DNA from: the human T2T-CHM13v2.0 reference genome, Homo sapiens | Strand: one strand, 5' to 3' | NCBI RefSeq assembly: GCF_009914755.1 | Contig: NC_060939.1 | Length of the DNA stretch: 64,000 nt | Part shown: piece by piece, positions 48,394-64,000 of the stretch | How positions within the stretch are numbered: the stretch's first letter is position 1 | Layout: every line of letters begins with the position of its first letter | Translations under genes and position numbers: made by a program | The notes under the pieces: generated by a model | Seen by the model: the letters and a program-made list of their open reading frames with translations, nothing else | Databases searched by the model: none | Told to the model about the DNA's origin: nothing

Positions 48394-49816
48394 CCCGGGG
48401 TCTTTGTTTGTTAACTATGCATATTGAAGCTCTAAACCCATGCCCATTTCCCTGTTTTTTTCATTTTTGATGTTTGCTCAGTTTGTGGCCCATTTTCACT
48501 CTTCATCTTCATATTGCAAATATCTGATATGACAGTCGAGTGGAAGCTTCTCTTCCAATAAGACCATGTAACAAAAATGGAAAACCAAAACTATTCTGAA
48601 AAAAGCCATTTAAAAAATGCATACCAAGATTTTAAAAAAATTCCTGTTAAATTTATCATGAGTCCAAGCTGTTCATTCAACTTATCGTCTTGGTATTTGA
48701 TACAAAAAATCCCCATTCACTGACTTTTTAAAAAGTAGAATGATGCTGGTGAGTTAAGGAGGTATAGAGTCCCATGTTTTAAAGGAAGATGCAGCTCACT
48801 CACACTGCAGCAATATCCTTTGCCGGCTGAAGCAAAATAAAAATCAGTTCTACTGAAAGTTGATAAAGTTTAAGTCCATTAACAGCGAGAGTACTTTATA
48901 TTAGATTTGCAAATGAATGAGAAATTAATGGAGAAAAGAGCTCTCACAATAGCTTCAAAATGGGCATATTTATAACCCTATTCTGCTTGCCAAAAATAAT
49001 TACATCCCATTTTTTTCTGCCAACCATTTAAACTCATTTCATAGAAAACGGAAAAAGAGGGTTGGTGCAAATGGGATGTTTCCCGCAAGAAAGAAGAACG
49101 GTTTTGGAACCCTTGAGCAATTTGCAAGGCGTGTCAATTTTGGAACGCTCTGTCTTGAAATATTCGCTTTTTTTATGTTTATTTGTTTACCTATTGTTTA
49201 TTCTCCAAATCAATTACACAACATTTATTTCCAAATGCCACAATAATGGAAGACTGGCATCACATTTGGAATTGATTCTAATGCTGCACAGCCGCCTGCT
49301 GAGGATCCTGATCCGGTTCATGAGCTGAGGCTGATCCCAGCGACCCCAGACCTGACCAACTCTGCATTACCCAGGGAGGAGCAGGCCAGTCTGAGCAGAC
49401 TCAAAGGGGCCGCTTCTACTCGGAGCCACTTTGCATCCACTCCACCCTAAGCTTCTAAGATACTTCGGAGCCCACACGACACTCCTTCACAGGGGCTGGG
49501 TGGCCTGGCCTGCCACTTGAAATATGGGGCTGCTGGCACCTGCTGTATCCTTCTCAGCCCCAGGCATAGCTGCTGAAAAGGTGACAGGAAGAGTCTATTT
49601 TCATGTCATCACTTAGTTTGTATTTGTTTGCAGCTATTTCAGCCTTTTACATTTGTATTATGCATTCTGAACAAGTTGCTATTTGTTTTCTTAGTTGATG
49701 TAGTCAGCTGCACAGAAATGCTTAATGCTTTTCTCAGATGATTCCAACCAAACTGACTTTGATTTCAGACAGATAGCCCATGGCCATGCTGACACATAAA
49801 ACCAACCATGACACTG

Positions 49817-50884
<1,068 letters not shown>

Positions 50885-50899
50885 CAACCATGACACTGT

Positions 50900-51545
50900 T
50901 ACAGCCATCTTACCTGTTCCCTCCTTCAAGACCTCCCTTGCAGCCTGCTCTCAACTCACCAACCAGAGTGGGCCTTTAAAAAATTAAGCCAGGCAATGAC
51001 ACTCTCTGCTTAACACCTCCCAGTGGCTCCCTACAGCACACAGAGTAAAAGGCAGAGGACTTAGATTGACTTACAAGGCCCTGCAGTTTCCTTCCCTCTC
51101 CCTTCCTCTATGATCCCCTCTCTTTCCTCCCCACTGCTCACTTCCCTCTAGCCACAGGGCCTCCTGGTTGCTCTTAGAACTGTCAGTCCCACTCAGGGCC
51201 TCCGTACTGACTATTCCCTCTGCCTCAGACATTGCAAGGCAAACTCCTTCACCTCCTCACTCCCTCACTTGGCTCAAGAGTCACATGCTCAATCAGCTCT
51301 GCTGTCACCATCCTATTTACAATGATAGTTTCTGCCCCCATCACTCCCTCAGCCAACTGTACCACGTTCTACTTTCTAACAGACGTTACCATTTTTAGTC
51401 TATTACTATATGCCTTCATTAGGATGTGAGCTCCATGAGGGCTGAGATCTTGGTCTGATTTGTTCCCTGATCTATCTCAAATCCTCAAAACAGTGTTAAT
51501 AGTTGAAAAGCACTCAATAAATATTGGTTGAATGAACAAATAAAG
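50900..51545 (+). mobile_element. L2 3' fragment
   Basis: gatgtgagctccatgagggc...gcactcaataaatattggttgaatgaa. Confidence 0.8.
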
Positions 51546-51659
51546 GGCTTATCAAATGCAAAGATAAATTTTTCATTTAAATTCTCTGCCAGAATTTCTG
51601 GTTCCAGAAGATGGGCAGAGGACAAGTCATACTGGAGCTTGCACGGCACAATGAGTTCA

Positions 51660-52400
51660 GAAGACTATTCTGAGTGAGACTGGAAGACAAATGAGAATTT
51701 TGAACTGGGGAGTGACATGAGGTGACTTACAGGTTTTTAAAAGTTCATCATGGCTTCTGTGTGGTGCACAGGATTCAAAGGCAGGAGTAGCGCCAGGGAG
51801 AGTATTTCAGCTGCCTTGGTCCAGCAAGAGATTAAAGTGGTTCAGACCAGAGAAGCTGTGCTGGAGGTGATGAGAAGTGGCTGGACCCTGGATATACTAC
51901 GAAGGCAGAGCTAACAGGTCTTGTTGATGCACTTTGCTGAGAGGGAGAGGAAGAGAGGGAGTGGCGAGAGTCAAGGGTAACTGTTGAAGTTTTGGCCTCA
52001 GAAACTGAGTAAATGGCAGTATCCATTACTGGGACAGAACAGAGGGGAGAAGAACAGACTTGGGAGTGGAATCAAGAATTCTGCTTTGGATGTGTTAAAA
52101 TGGAAATGCCTACCAGACATCCATATGGAGGTGCTGACTGGCCAGTTGGATACATGAGTCTGGAGCCCAAAAAAGAAGCTGAACTAAAGATAGTTTTTAA
52201 AGCCATGGGTCTGGTTGAAATCCCATTAGAGAGAGAAGCTGGATAGAGAGGAAGACTCGGGGCTTCGTGCTGAAGCACTTCCCCTTTAGGAAGAAAAGCC
52301 AGCAAGAGGGGCTAAAGAAGCAGCCAGTGAGGTAGGGAAGGGCTGAGCAGCTCTACCGAACTGGAAGCCACATGGAGCATGTGTTTCAAATGTTGCTGTG
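51660..52400 (-). mobile_element. L2 fragment
   Basis: ggagtgacatga, gattaaagtggttcagaccag, gttggatacatgagtctggag. Confidence 0.7.
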
Positions 52401-53029
52401 GGGTCAGGTGAGAAGAGTCTAATCACTGACTGCGGGATTTGGCCATATGAGGGCCTTGGGGCCCCAGGCAGCGCTGCGATACCCCAGTGGGTTGTTGGTG
52501 ATCCTTCAGGATGGGAAGCAGTGCCCACTGGGGCAAGTAGGGTGGTACAGGCTGACTGTGGGAGGCGCAGGGCTCAGGGAAACCTGAGCATTCAGCATAG
52601 ACAGGAACCTGGAGTCAGGATGACAAGGAAAATCTCCTGAATTGGGCACAAGGATCCTTGGGGGGGATGAGGAAGAGGAATTGAGCATGCTGCATTTCCT
52701 AAATGTGGGGCATTGGGGTGCAAGGCGGTGCACCTGAATATGAAAGGAAATAGCCATCCTATAATTCCAGAAGCTTGAAGACACCAAGAGAGTTACACTC
52801 ACAGAGAAGAAAAAGGTTTGCTTTTCTCATGGAAAAGGTTATATGTAACAAGTTTAGGATACCACATGACAATGTCTTAGTTTTAATTAACTTTTATAAT
52901 TCAGCACATTTTTAAAAGCACATACTTGTATTTCTGATAATGCTATGCCAGGTTTTTACACTTGTTTCATATTTTTTCTCAAGAGGAAGTTATAGTAGTG
53001 TATCTAAGATATACTGAAAAATAATTGGT

Positions 53030-53442
<413 letters not shown>

Positions 53443-53924
53443 TAAGTTCATTTGCCAAGAACTCAATTATTTATAGTGGTACTTCTCTCTAGCTTTCTGT
53501 AACTAAATGAGAACATTAATTTCAAATGTATCTCTCTACTAAAATCATACAGGGTGTTCTATCCTTCCTTTTATACAAAAAAAATTGACAATTATCTGAC
53601 GAAATAGGAAAATTTGAACAGCCATGTTTTAAAAGCTGATCATGTCATGCTTCAGCTAACATAAAAAAAAAAAACCTGAAGTCAAAATAAACGTTTAAAT
53701 AACCTGAACATGCTGATAATTGACATTGCTTTCTATCATAATCATCACTTTAACACTGAAAGATGAAGAACTTGCTAGTGGTTTAAGGTAGATCAGGCAT
53801 TGGATACAGATCCTTCCCATTGGTGTTTACTATCCAACTGCAAGAGATATTGGATGAAATATGAACATAGCAAAACATTTAAAAAGGAGAAATTAGATTT
53901 AGAGAAAAAACTAACTTACCTATT

Positions 53925-54320
53925 GCTATGGACTAAAGTGTGCCCTCTCCATTCATATGTTGAAGCCTTAACCACCAATGTGACTATATTTAGAGATAGG
54001 GTCTTTAGTAGGTACTTCAGGCTAACTAAGATCACAAGGGTAGGGTCCTGACCCACAAGGATTGGTGGCCTTAGAAAAGAAGAAAGAGACAGAGACCTCT
54101 CTCTCTCTACCTGCACACACATGGAGAAAAGGCTATGTAAAGACACAGTGGGAAGGCGGCCGTCTGCAAGACAGGAAGCAAGTCCTCACGAGAACCAGAC
54201 CATGCTGCCACTTTAATCTTGGACTTTCCAGCCTCCAGAACTGAGAAAAACTAAATTTTTGTGTTTAATCCACCCAGTTTACATTATTTTGTTATGACAC
54301 CCCAAGATGACTAAAATACC
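53925..54320 (+). mobile_element. MLT1A/B LTR
   Basis: tgctatggactaaag...atcttggactttccagcctccagaactgag. Confidence 0.85.
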
Positions 54321-54545
54321 TATTAATGAGTTTTTAAAAAATTATTTTAGAAGAGAAACAATATGTTGGGTTGTAATGTCAACAAATAAGTAATAATGTG
54401 TTTATATATTTCTATGATTTTTCTGAGAGAGAAAAATTTTAAATTGAGTAAATTTCTCCCCCTAGGATGCCTGTCTACAGATTACTTCTTCCATAAACTC
54501 TGACCTCAACAATTACTCCTAACAGGAATTCGAACTGTCTTGATG

Positions 54546-54765
54546 CTTGACCAGCCTGGCCAACACAGTGAAACCCCGTCTCTACTAAAAATACAAAAAT
54601 TAGCCGGGTGTGGTGGCTCACGCCTGTAATCTCAGCTAATCAGCAGGCTGAGGCAGGAGAATTGCTTAAGCCAGGGAGGTGGAGGTTGCAGCAAGTGGAG
54701 ATCATGCCACTGCACTCCAGCCTGGCTGACAGAGACTCTGTCTGAAAAAAAAGAAAAAAGGAAAG
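54546..54765 (+). mobile_element. 5'-truncated AluS
   Basis: Begins at gaccagcctggccaac. Confidence 0.9.
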
Positions 54766-55079
54766 CGTGGTGACTTGTTTTAGACACTTTCACTACTGAT
54801 AATGACAGTTCACAGGACCAGGCAAAGCAGAGACTCGGCACAGTGCCACAGGGAGACCCTGTCCTGGGCGCCGAGTGGACCTGCCCCTGAGTCAGCTGCC
54901 TCCCCTTACCAGCGGTGCGGCCCTAGCGCTCACTGCATTTCCTCCCACCCCTAGTTTCTTCCTCAGCAACACAGGGATAGGAGCTCCCTTGCAGGTGACT
55001 GGAGGCAGTGAATGGTCCACATATATAAAGCAGCTGCAGTGGTACCTTGCACATAACAGGAATTATTTTTAGAATGACG

Positions 55080-55548
55080 TTGAAGATGTTCAGAATACCC
55101 AACCCCAACATATGGAGCTCTGGCATACTGTTTTCAGTTAAAGACCCTTGAAAAACAGCAGAGGCAAGAAGGACATTCTAATCACCCCTTTTCTTCCTGA
55201 AAATAGGAGATAAACATTGCCATGTGAAAGATGTCCTCCCTCACCAGGAGAATGAAACATTCTTCGATGGGGAGGAAGAGCCAAGAGACCCTGTGAAATG
55301 ATTCTTACTCCTTCAGCCTCCCCACACAGTGTACCTGTCCCCAGCTGCCTCTCTTTGTCCATCTTGGTATAAAAGCATTTGTGTTTTGCTACTTCTCTGG
55401 GTCTTCATTTCCTTATGAGGGCTCCTGAGTCACATAAAACATATATAAATTGGTGTGCTTTTTCCTATTAATCTGTCTTGTGTCAATTTAATTCACAGGC
55501 CCAGCTGAAAACCCTAGGAGATTAGAGGTGAAATTCTGTCTCCCCTAT
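55080..55548 (+). mobile_element. MER34-family LTR
   Basis: tgaagatgttcagaatacc...tgctttttcctattaatctg...ctccccta. Confidence 0.7.
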
Positions 55549-55870
55549 AATTGAATGTATTATAACACAAAAATATACTCAGAAAGAAGTCATTAATTTG
55601 AGTATAGTGATAATGATAGCTATCAGAGTAATCCCTTTTAAAATAGTTTCAGTTCCTGTAATACCAAGGCCCACTCACATGTTGTAGTATTGTTACCACT
55701 GTCGCGGTAATTAGTTTCCATGACACAAAATCACCTCACTTGCTTTCCCACAGAGGCAGCAATATGCTAAAAGAGCAGACTCTAGACCAGGTCTCCCGGG
55801 GTCCAAGTCAAGTGTGTGTTGATGACCTTCCCTGAACCCTGGCTTTCTTCTCTATAGAAAGTGCTCAGTG

Positions 55871-56193
<323 letters not shown>

Positions 56194-57780
56194 CTATCCC
56201 ATAGGACGACTGTGAGATTTTGAACAATAACATATGTCATGCCTGTGCTTGAAGCCTGGCATGCATGGCCCTCAGGAAATGTGTACACTGACCTGGGCAT
56301 AGGACTGAGACTGTCAGAGGGAAACACGGGGCCTGGGAGTAGACCCTGCATGCTCCGAGGGTCTGCTTCCATGTGACGTGGACTGAAGGTCCCTCTCCTG
56401 ATTCTTCATGAGATGAGCCAGACAAACATCTTATGAGTGTCACCAGCAGCAATCAAGACAGGAAGAAAGGGGCATCATGTCCTGTCATGAACTAGAAAGG
56501 GGGGGCAGGACAGAAATAAGTGGAGAAAAGGAGATCCTGAAGGTTCCATGTCCTCCCCAGCCCTCACCTATGTGAGCACAGGTGAGCAGACAGAAGCTGA
56601 GAATTCGCACTAATACCTTCAAGTCTGGGGTGATGGGGTCTGAGTTGGGTGCAGGTAGTTCTAGGACAATTTTTTAAAATCTCTTTAAAACAGAAGCTCC
56701 TACGCAGCAACTCAGGAGCTCAACCAAGAAAGAAAGGGCCAGGACTGAGGGACGGATGACGCTCACTGGAGCAGAACTGCCCTGGCTCGGTCAAGGGGAC
56801 ATCTCTAGGGAGGTCCTCAGAGGGAAGAGCAAGAACCCAAGACCTAGCAAGGATGTGCTCAGCCCCTGGGGGATCTCCCCACCCTGTCCTAAGTTAGACA
56901 GTCAAGGCCAAAGGCAACATCCATGTCTGAAATGGAGCCTCTGACAGGAGAAGAGAAACTGGCCCTGGTGGGTCTGAAGGCTGTCGGGGCAGGGAAGAAT
57001 TGTCCGGGCCAAGCCCAGGAGCACAAGGAGAGTGGGTACATCAAGGTGCATGGAAGCACACCACAGCTTATTTGGCAAACAGAAGGTCAGCAGAAACAGA
57101 GCTTGAAAATGGGGAAAGAAACATCAACCCAGACGCCAAAGCTCCCCACAAGAACTTCATGGAACCTAATACACACATAAACTTAACAAAGGAAGGACTC
57201 AAAGTGAGAAAAACAAGACTATGATGAAAAGAAAGCTAGAGACAGAACTAAGGAAACCAATTACAGCGTGAGAATTAAAACCCCATCACTGCAAATCTAG
57301 TAAATAATTTAGAAACAGCAAGGAACAGAGTAGACATGAGTGAAAATTCAAGATAATGGCATGGGGGAAGGTGTGAGATCTCCACAGTAATTTTGTAGAA
57401 GAAGGAAGAGACAAATTACAATGAAGAGGACCCGTAAGGAGATTGGGAATTTTTTTTTTTAACTCTAGAAACAAATGTGCTTTGTGATGAGAGACCTGTA
57501 ATCTAAAATTTAGTATTCTCTCTTCAGTTTCATTTCAATTCTCCTGTTAATTTCAAACAAAGACAATTTTTTAAAACATACACATTATTCTTCCATAGCT
57601 TGTGTCTTGTATCATTATATGATCGATAGATTTCTGAATTTATGACCACATAACAGTCTGATCGTTTCTGGATGGTATACTTCTGGGTAATTCATTGCCT
57701 TTGCTGTTGTACTTTTCTGTATTTGCTTAAATAATTTATGAGAGACATGCATTGTTTTTTATTTTTAAAAGTATAATCTT

Positions 57781-58085
<305 letters not shown>

Positions 58086-58759
58086 TTAAAGGGAAGAAAA
58101 TCCACTCAACATTCTTTCAATAAGTAGATATTACACACTATATTGTAGGCACTGGGATTATGAGCTAGGCCAAGACCTTGCCCAGCTTCCAGATAAAGTC
58201 ATGGAGGTTATAGATTCAGGAAGACAAACATTACTCCAAATACAGTTCATTCCAGAAATGCAAGAGTGATTCAGCATTAGCATATAGTCCATCCTGTTAA
58301 CAGAGCTAAAGAGAAAAATTATATGATCATCTCTACAGATGCACCAAAGGTATGTGAAAAAATCAGCATTCATTCCTATGAGAAACAACAAAACAGAAAC
58401 TGAGGGATAGGATAAAGTCATGCCTAACAAGATAGAAAATACATATTTATGCAACACATACCTAACCTCAAAAGCCAGCATCTTAATTAACAAAGAAAAA
58501 CTAACTTTTCCTGCTACAGTCTGGAACAAGACAAGCACTCACTCTTTAACACTGGGTCTGAAGTATTAGCCCATGTACTTAGACAAGAGAAATCAACTGT
58601 AGAAATAACATTCATGAAAGAAGAAGTTAAAATTATCTTTATTTGCAGAGCATATGTTTATGTACTCACATGTGGAAAAACAAAAGAATCCCCACAAAAC
58701 AAGCACCAAAAAAAAAAAAGAAAGAAAATCTAATAAGAAAGCTGGTTGTATAATAAATA

Positions 58760-61546
<2,787 letters not shown>

Positions 61547-64000
61547 CTATAAATTTAATGCCATATTGATTAAAAAAAATCATCATTGTCTCCTAGAAGC
61601 TAGGCAAACTGATTATATAGTTCTTGGAAGAACAACTAAGCAAGAATCACAAAGGAAACTCCATAAAAGATCAATAAGGAAGGCTAGCCCTTCCAGATAT
61701 TAAAATGTATTTAAAGCCCCCCTCTTGGCCGATGAATTGACAGACCAATAAAATAAAACGGAAATATCCAGAAACAAACACATTTGTCTATGGTAATTTA
61801 GTATATGACAAAGGGGTCATTTAAAATAATTGAGGGAAACATACACTTTTCATAAGTAGTACTGATAAATCCAGATGGGATGGCCATATGGAAAAAGAAA
61901 AATACACATCTGTTTCTCACCAGTTATATCAGAACTGATTCCAAATAGATTAGAAACTTAAATGGAGACAGAGAGACCCCACTTTAAGTATTAGAAAAAA
62001 ACATGGAATTCCTCTCTAACCGGAAAGTTGAGAAATATTTCCTATAACTCACAGTCCAAAGTAATAAGGGAAAAACTGATGAACTTAACTACATAAAATA
62101 CAAATCTTTACATATGAATACTACCAGAAGCAAATAAAAAAGACAAATGAAAGACAAATGATAAACCGCATTATGCAGTAAACAGGAATAAGAAATGTCT
62201 TTATACACTGCTACAGACTGACCCCACGCGATATCACTAAGTTATAAAACCAAAGGCTGGAACAATGTGCAAGGTAGGCACACGTACATGCAGTATGTGT
62301 ACAGCACATGTGCTTGCTTATAATTTAGAAATGAAAGGACAAAGCGAAAATCTAAGAGTAGTTACTATAGGGCCGGGGGGTGGGGAGACAAGGAATACAA
62401 ACAGGACAGAAATGATAACTAGAATTTTCAGGGGAAAACACTTTACTGCATAGATTTGACTTTGTAACAGTAAATGTCTTATATAATTATGAAACAAAAT
62501 TAAATCAAAAATTAATTAAAATCCCTAAAATCAAAAGCAAAATGAAATAAGTGAACCAGTAAAACGGGCAGGTGCCTTAACCACAGAGAGCGGTTTAAAC
62601 TGACTGTAACATATCACCATTTAATTGTATATCTCAAGTGGTTTATTTCCTGAAGGATAATCAAGAGACATGGGAGCTCTGGTGGCCTCTGCTCACTGGG
62701 GCCAGCAAGGGAAAATAAAGAAGAGAGACAGAGAGACTTAAGAGACCTAACAACCCAATGCAAAAAGAGAGAAACAGGCACACAGAAATTTGAACATGAG
62801 GTATTTGATGATAAACCAAATTATTGGTATCTATTAGTTGTGATCACGGCATTGTGACTATATCATTTTAAAAATAAAAAATAAGGGCCACCTTCTCTTT
62901 TAGAGGTAGGCATGTATGTATTTTGACACAAAATAATGTGATGTCTCAGGCTTGCTTTCTTCATCCAAGGGAGAAGTGGTGGGGTACTGATGACGCAAGA
63001 ATGTCCAGGAGTGGCTGGCAGCTATAGCTGAGTAATGGATGCATAGGGTTCAATATGTCATTCTCTTTACTTGTGTATATAGTTGAGATATCCACAATGT
63101 AAATGTCGAAAAATATGAAAATATGGGTTCAGATAATAACTCTGCTACTTAGTCACACAGCCAGTTTGTAAAAATTTCCTATGTTTTGGGAACCTGAATT
63201 CCTTCCTTTTAAAAAGAAGACACATAAACCTAAGTTACAAGACAAATTAGTATATGATAAAGAGGTCACTTAAAATCACTGGGGGAAACAAATATTACAA
63301 ATTTGTTTTATTACATATTACAAAGCCTGTCATATAGCAGAACTAAACAAAGGCCAGTTATTTTTTATTTTGGTATGAATTTAACTATGCCAAATTACTA
63401 AAAATATTTTCCTAAACATCACATCAAAGTAAGATTTCACATGGAGTTTTAAAGAGGAAATAAAGAATGAAGCCTTTTGGTTTTATAATTACACAAAATA
63501 GCAATACTAGAATAGAACTAAATTTATGCCCAAATGTATTCCTCAATTAGTGCCCAATTCAAATACCAGATACAATGATGTTATTCTGAGTAACACCCAT
63601 AAAACTACATATAACTATTACCATAAATAACATTTAATTTGTGGGACCGCAGTTGCTAAGCCTGCTGTACCTAAAACTTTGCTGACATATTCTGCCTACT
63701 GTTTCATAAAAAACACACAGTAATCAGATTAGGTCAATTAGAAAGCTACAGGCAAAACATTGTTCCCTTTCAAATGTCCTGGTAAATAGAATAATTTTAA
63801 AATGAAGAAATATTTGAATCAAAATAGTCAGGAACAGACCTCAAAGCATTAAAGAACTAGATCTTTATACTCTCGAGAGTTGCATTCAAAGACTCAATCA
63901 AATTCAAGTTCATCACATATGCAAAACGGAACACGAATCTCCCATTAAAATTATCATAACTGCTGGCTTATTAAAATGCTTGAGTGCATTAGACATAGCA

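Overview
Human (primate) genomic DNA, mostly interspersed repeats (about 30 Alus, old L1/L2/MIR fragments, ERV1/MaLR/ERVL solo LTRs, Tigger/hAT DNA transposons). There is one real protein-coding gene: the intronless MAGE-family gene NSMCE3 (NDNL2/MAGEG1; Smc5/6 subunit Nse3), CDS 15161..16075 on the - strand, 304 aa, with a CpG-island promoter and tandem poly(A) signals. From recalled annotation this is 15q13.1, where NSMCE3 lies inside a large intron of the same-strand gene FAM189A1/ENTREP2; I recognise no host exon in the window. I found no convincing new gene or multi-gene system. The best unexplained signals are: (i) a composite insertion inside a Tigger3 element, apparently copied from two nearby donors in opposite orientations; (ii) a twin-primed L1 with visible target/RNA microhomology and a very large internal gap; (iii) a 108-nt AG-free pyrimidine tract plus a 105-codon stop-free in-frame leader upstream of NSMCE3; (iv) a repeat-free block with clustered Forkhead/SOX/CEBP/octamer-like motifs that looks like an enhancer; (v) several local duplications and nested transposon stacks. 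Repeat subfamily names come from recalled consensus sequences, and boundaries are approximate unless a target-site duplication (TSD) is quoted.
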